From: Planctomycetota bacterium
GTDB lineage: Bacteria; Planctomycetota; B15-G4
Direction of reading: 5' to 3'
NCBI GenBank assembly: GCA_965248575.1
Contig: CBDFJQ010000002.1
Location: 3,488,001-3,552,000 of the forward strand
Length of the DNA stretch: 64,000 nucleotides
The stretch's first letter is position 1; each line of letters starts with the position of its first letter. The notes under the pieces were generated by a model. It was given only the letters and a program-made list of their open reading frames with translations, had not been told where the DNA came from and searched no databases. The position numbers and the translations under genes are program-made. Shown piece by piece: positions 60,998 to 64,000 of this stretch.

Positions 60998-62958
60998 CTC
61001 TTGGCCTCCAGGCGCGCGCGTTCTTCCTCGATCACCTCATCGGGGATCTTCGCGAACAGGATGCCAGGTTCGCCCAGCACATGGCCGGCGGGCAGTTCGT
61101 GGAAGCGCCAGAGGTTTTCGCTGCGCGTGTCGAGCGGACGGGGCACGGGGATGGAGTCCGTGAGCGGCGCGAGGCCGAGCATCGATCGCAGGCGGTCCGA
61201 CGCGCCGGGCATGAAGGGCCACATGCCCACCGCCAAGGCGGACAGGATCTGCACATGGGCCCAGAGGGAGGTGCGACACTCGGCCAGGTCGTCGAGCTTG
61301 CGCGACTTCCAAGGGGCGTGGGCATCGAACCAGACGTTGCCGAAGCGTCCCAGGTCCAGCAGGGCGTCCGTGGCACGGCGGAACTTCTGGTGATTGAGCT
61401 GCCAGGTCAAGGTCGGCGAGTCCTGGCTACCCTCATCAAAGAAGGCAGAACACACCTCGCGAACCCGGGAGACCGTGGGCACGGACTGGGTCTCCCCTTC
61501 CGCACCGCCGTCGGAGCTGCTGACAGGAATCTGGTGTTCGAAGACGTCGCTCGGCTCCGGAACCACACCGTCCAGTTTCGACTTCACGAACTTCAGCACC
61601 CGGGCGGCGTAGTTGCCGAGGGTGTCGTTGAGGTCTGCGTTCACGTGGTTCTGCAACGCCCCGAAGCGGAAGCGGCTGTCGGAGGTCTCGGGCATGGAGA
61701 CCGCGAGGTACCAGCGCAGGGCGTCGACGCCGAACAGCTCGAGCATGCGGTCGTTGTCGAGGGTGCGGTTGTCGCTCGTGGAGAACTTGCCGTCCTCCAG
61801 GTTGTAGAACTCGTTGGCGGGGACGTTCTCCGGGAGCACCCAACGTTCACCGACGCCGGGGCCTGTGAACTCGTCACCCTGCTTGGCGTCGTCCTGCCAA
61901 CCGAGCATGGCGGGGAAGACCACGCAGTGGAACGGGATGTTGTCCTTGCCGATGAAGTGCAGCAGGCGCGGGCCGGGCCAGCGGTCCTCGGTCTGTAGCG
62001 CGGGCTCGTAGTCGGAGCTCGCGCCGGTGATCCAGTACTTGCGCCAGGCTTTGGGGTCGCCGGCGATGTCCCGGGCCCATTCGATGGTGGCGGAGACATA
62101 GCCCACCGGCGCGTCGAACCAGACGTAGAGCACCTTGCCTTCGTGGCCCTCCACCGGCTGGCGGTCGAGGTCCAGCTCGGGCAAGGGCACGCCCCACTTC
62201 AGGTCGCGGGTGATGGGGCGTGCGCGCAGGCCGTCGCCCTCCACGAGCAGCTTGTCGAAGACCGTGGTGCGCACATTGCCTTTGAGCTGCGCACCCTTGA
62301 AGGCGTTGCGCAGCCAACGGTCGAAGAGCGGGTACTTGGCCTTGCGATCCGCCTCGTTGGAGAAGGGCGAGAGGTCCAGCTCGTACTGCATGGTGTCGCG
62401 CACCTCGGGCGTGTTGCCGCAGGTGACACAGACGGGGTCGATGAGCTTCACGGCGTCCAGCCAGCTGCCACAGGCCTTGCACTCGTCGCCCCGGGCCGCT
62501 CCCTGGCAGAGGTAACAGGTGCCCTCGACATAGCGATCCGGCAGAAAGCGATCGCAGCTGGTGCAGTAGTGCTGCTGGGTGGTGCGGGGCGCGATGGCGC
62601 CGGAGCGCAGTAGGCGCAGGAAGAACTCCTGGCTCAGGCCGTAGTGGGGGTCCTGGTTGCTGGTGCGGCTGAAGTGGTCGAAGGAGATTCCGAAGCGGGC
62701 GAAGACCGAGGTGATGTCGTCGTACCAGCGGGTGACGTACTCGCGGTAGTCGATGCCTTCCTTCTCGGCCTTCACGGTGATGGAGACACCGTGCTCGTCC
62801 GTGCCGCACACGAAGAGCACGTCGCTGCCCCGCAAACGCTGGAAGCGCACGTAGATGTCGGCCGGCAAATAGGCCCCCACCAGCTGCCCGAAGTGGATGG
62901 ACCCGTTGGCGTACGGCAAGGCCGAGGTCACGAGCAAGGGGCGGGTGTCGGTGGTCAT
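60994..62958 (-). CDS. metG: Methionyl-tRNA synthetase (no C-terminal Trbp111 domain)
   Basis: TSALPYANGSIHFGQ, GTDEHG, four CxxC zinc knuckles, RDLKWG.P, YVWFDA, HFIGKDNIPFH, KFSTS, N.DL...LGN. Confidence 0.98.
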   Translation of the reverse strand: MTTDTRPLLVTSALPYANGSIHFGQLVGAYLPADIYVRFQRLRGSDVLFVCGTDEHGVSITVKAEKEGIDYREYVTRWYDDITSVFARFGISFDHFSRTSNQDPHYGLSQEFFLRLLRSGAIAPRTTQQHYCTSCDRFLPDRYVEGTCYLCQGAARGDECKACGSWLDAVKLIDPVCVTCGNTPEVRDTMQYELDLSPFSNEADRKAKYPLFDRWLRNAFKGAQLKGNVRTTVFDKLLVEGDGLRARPITRDLKWGVPLPELDLDRQPVEGHEGKVLYVWFDAPVGYVSATIEWARDIAGDPKAWRKYWITGASSDYEPALQTEDRWPGPRLLHFIGKDNIPFHCVVFPAMLGWQDDAKQGDEFTGPGVGERWVLPENVPANEFYNLEDGKFSTSDNRTLDNDRMLELFGVDALRWYLAVSMPETSDSRFRFGALQNHVNADLNDTLGNYAARVLKFVKSKLDGVVPEPSDVFEHQIPVSSSDGGAEGETQSVPTVSRVREVCSAFFDEGSQDSPTLTWQLNHQKFRRATDALLDLGRFGNVWFDAHAPWKSRKLDDLAECRTSLWAHVQILSALAVGMWPFMPGASDRLRSMLGLAPLTDSIPVPRPLDTRSENLWRFHELPAGHVLGEPGILFAKIPDEVIEEERARLEAKS

Positions 62959-63143
62959 CGGGCTCTCCGGATCGGCCCGACAGCCTAGCAATCAGAGGGT
63001 GATGAAACGGCGCGGGGGCTCTGCCGAGATCAGAAGGTGAGATCCCTGCTGTGAGTTCTGGGCCTCCCCGGCTGCTTCACGGGGCGGGCCGGCAGCGGGG
63101 TCTCGAGTTGCAATGAAGCGAATGACCCAAGGGGAGAAGAGAG

Positions 63144-63593
63144 ATGTTTCAGAAGATGATGATGGTGATGGCAGCGGTGTCTTTGTTGGTGGTCCCAGCG
63201 TCCGCACAGCACGGCGTGCTGGCTGCCATGAACTGTCTGGAGGACGGGGAGTCGGTGACTCTCTGTCACAGTCAGAAGGTCGCCGATGACATCACCATTT
63301 CCGCAGAAGTCTATGAGTCAGACCCAGGGCTCGACGATCCGATGGGATCGGCCAAGGTCGAGCAGACGGGGGAGATGGTCTACAAGATTAGCGCCGAGAT
63401 CATCAATGATGGGTGCAATCTCAAGGGCCCGAACGGGGAGATTCAGAACGGTGCCGGTGAGGGGCGTTGCATCGAAGTCACGTTCAAGGTGACGGTCGCG
63501 TGGCCCGCGACCATCACCATCGGATTCATCTCGGTGCAGAGCCAGCTGTCGAAAACGTCGAACACCAACCCCCAGGAGATCTGCCCTTGCTGA
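63144..63593 (+). CDS. Secreted Cys-containing hypothetical protein
   Basis: GGGGAG RBS, signal peptide ending in ASA, six Cys, VYESDPGLDDPMG motif. Confidence 0.7.
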   Translation: MFQKMMMVMAAVSLLVVPASAQHGVLAAMNCLEDGESVTLCHSQKVADDITISAEVYESDPGLDDPMGSAKVEQTGEMVYKISAEIINDGCNLKGPNGEIQNGAGEGRCIEVTFKVTVAWPATITIGFISVQSQLSKTSNTNPQEICPC

Positions 63594-63747
63594 GGTTCTC
63601 GCAGAGCAGTCTGGTGAAGTGATGTGAAACGGGGTGGCGGTGTTGCCCTGGGTACGGCTGGAGGTCAACTCACGGTCTGTGCACAGTGGCGCACCGCCCA
63701 TCCGCAGGGGTCATCGAGCTTGGGAAGGATGGGAAAGGGAGGTTGTG

Positions 63748-64000
63748 ATGAACCGTAGGCGTCTTGTTCTTGTGATGGTGCTGCTTGTCCTGGGAGTGGG
63801 CGCCGTGAGCCTCCAGTTCCTGGGGCTCTTCGAGCCCGCCGGTTCGGCAGGTGGCGCTGGTGCTGTCAGCTATCGGGTCGAGCGAGGCCAGGTTGTCCGG
63901 ACGTTGCCGAATGGCGCCGAGGAAGTGATGCCCGCTCCTGCCTTCGAAGATGAGTCCTTCTCGCCGGCGGCTGACCTGGATCCGAGCGGCATTGGGAGCT
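63748..64000 (+). CDS. Membrane-anchored hypothetical protein (3' truncated by window edge)
   Basis: GGAGG RBS, ATG at 63748, MNRRRLVLVMVLLVLGVGAVSLQFLGLF..., open to the end of the window. Confidence 0.65.
   Translation, partial: MNRRRLVLVMVLLVLGVGAVSLQFLGLFEPAGSAGGAGAVSYRVERGQVVRTLPNGAEEVMPAPAFEDESFSPAADLDPSGIGS

Overview
GC-rich core-chromosome segment of a diderm bacterium. Gene content and protein style (mcsA-mcsB-clpC without ctsR, YdjY-like and PEGA proteins, long LepB and LptD, several ECF sigma factors) suggest a Planctomycetota/PVC lineage; this is inference, not a database result. The window covers the replication-origin region (dnaA-[probable oriC]-dnaN-dciA-gyrB) and an LPS locus (kdsD-kdsC-giant LptC/LptA-like repeat protein-lptD-tatB). 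It also holds housekeeping genes (scpA, trxA, fmt, rsmB, leuA-like, mgtE, lepB, dapF, gyrA, ribBA, carB, nnrD, murD, metG), three ECF sigma/anti-sigma modules, a PilM/GspL-GspM-like pair, a kinase with two response regulators, two tRNA-Ser genes and a LolA/LolD/LolE-like ABC system. I found no transposase, integrase, prophage gene, CRISPR array or rRNA. The most notable observations are: (1) a ~890-aa membrane-anchored protein with four ~150-177-aa repeats in the lptC+lptA position, a candidate single-chain extra-long LPS bridge; (2) an origin with no canonical DnaA box but an 11-bp-phased array of variant boxes, beside a DnaA with substituted base-reading residues; (3) a long structured dnaA leader ending in a 13-bp tandem repeat; (4) a soluble ECF/zinc anti-sigma pair bridged by a doubly coupled 40-codon ORF; (5) a stand-alone tandem winged-helix-like protein; (6) a probable CTG start codon. 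All calls come from motif recognition by eye; novelty cannot be established without searches.
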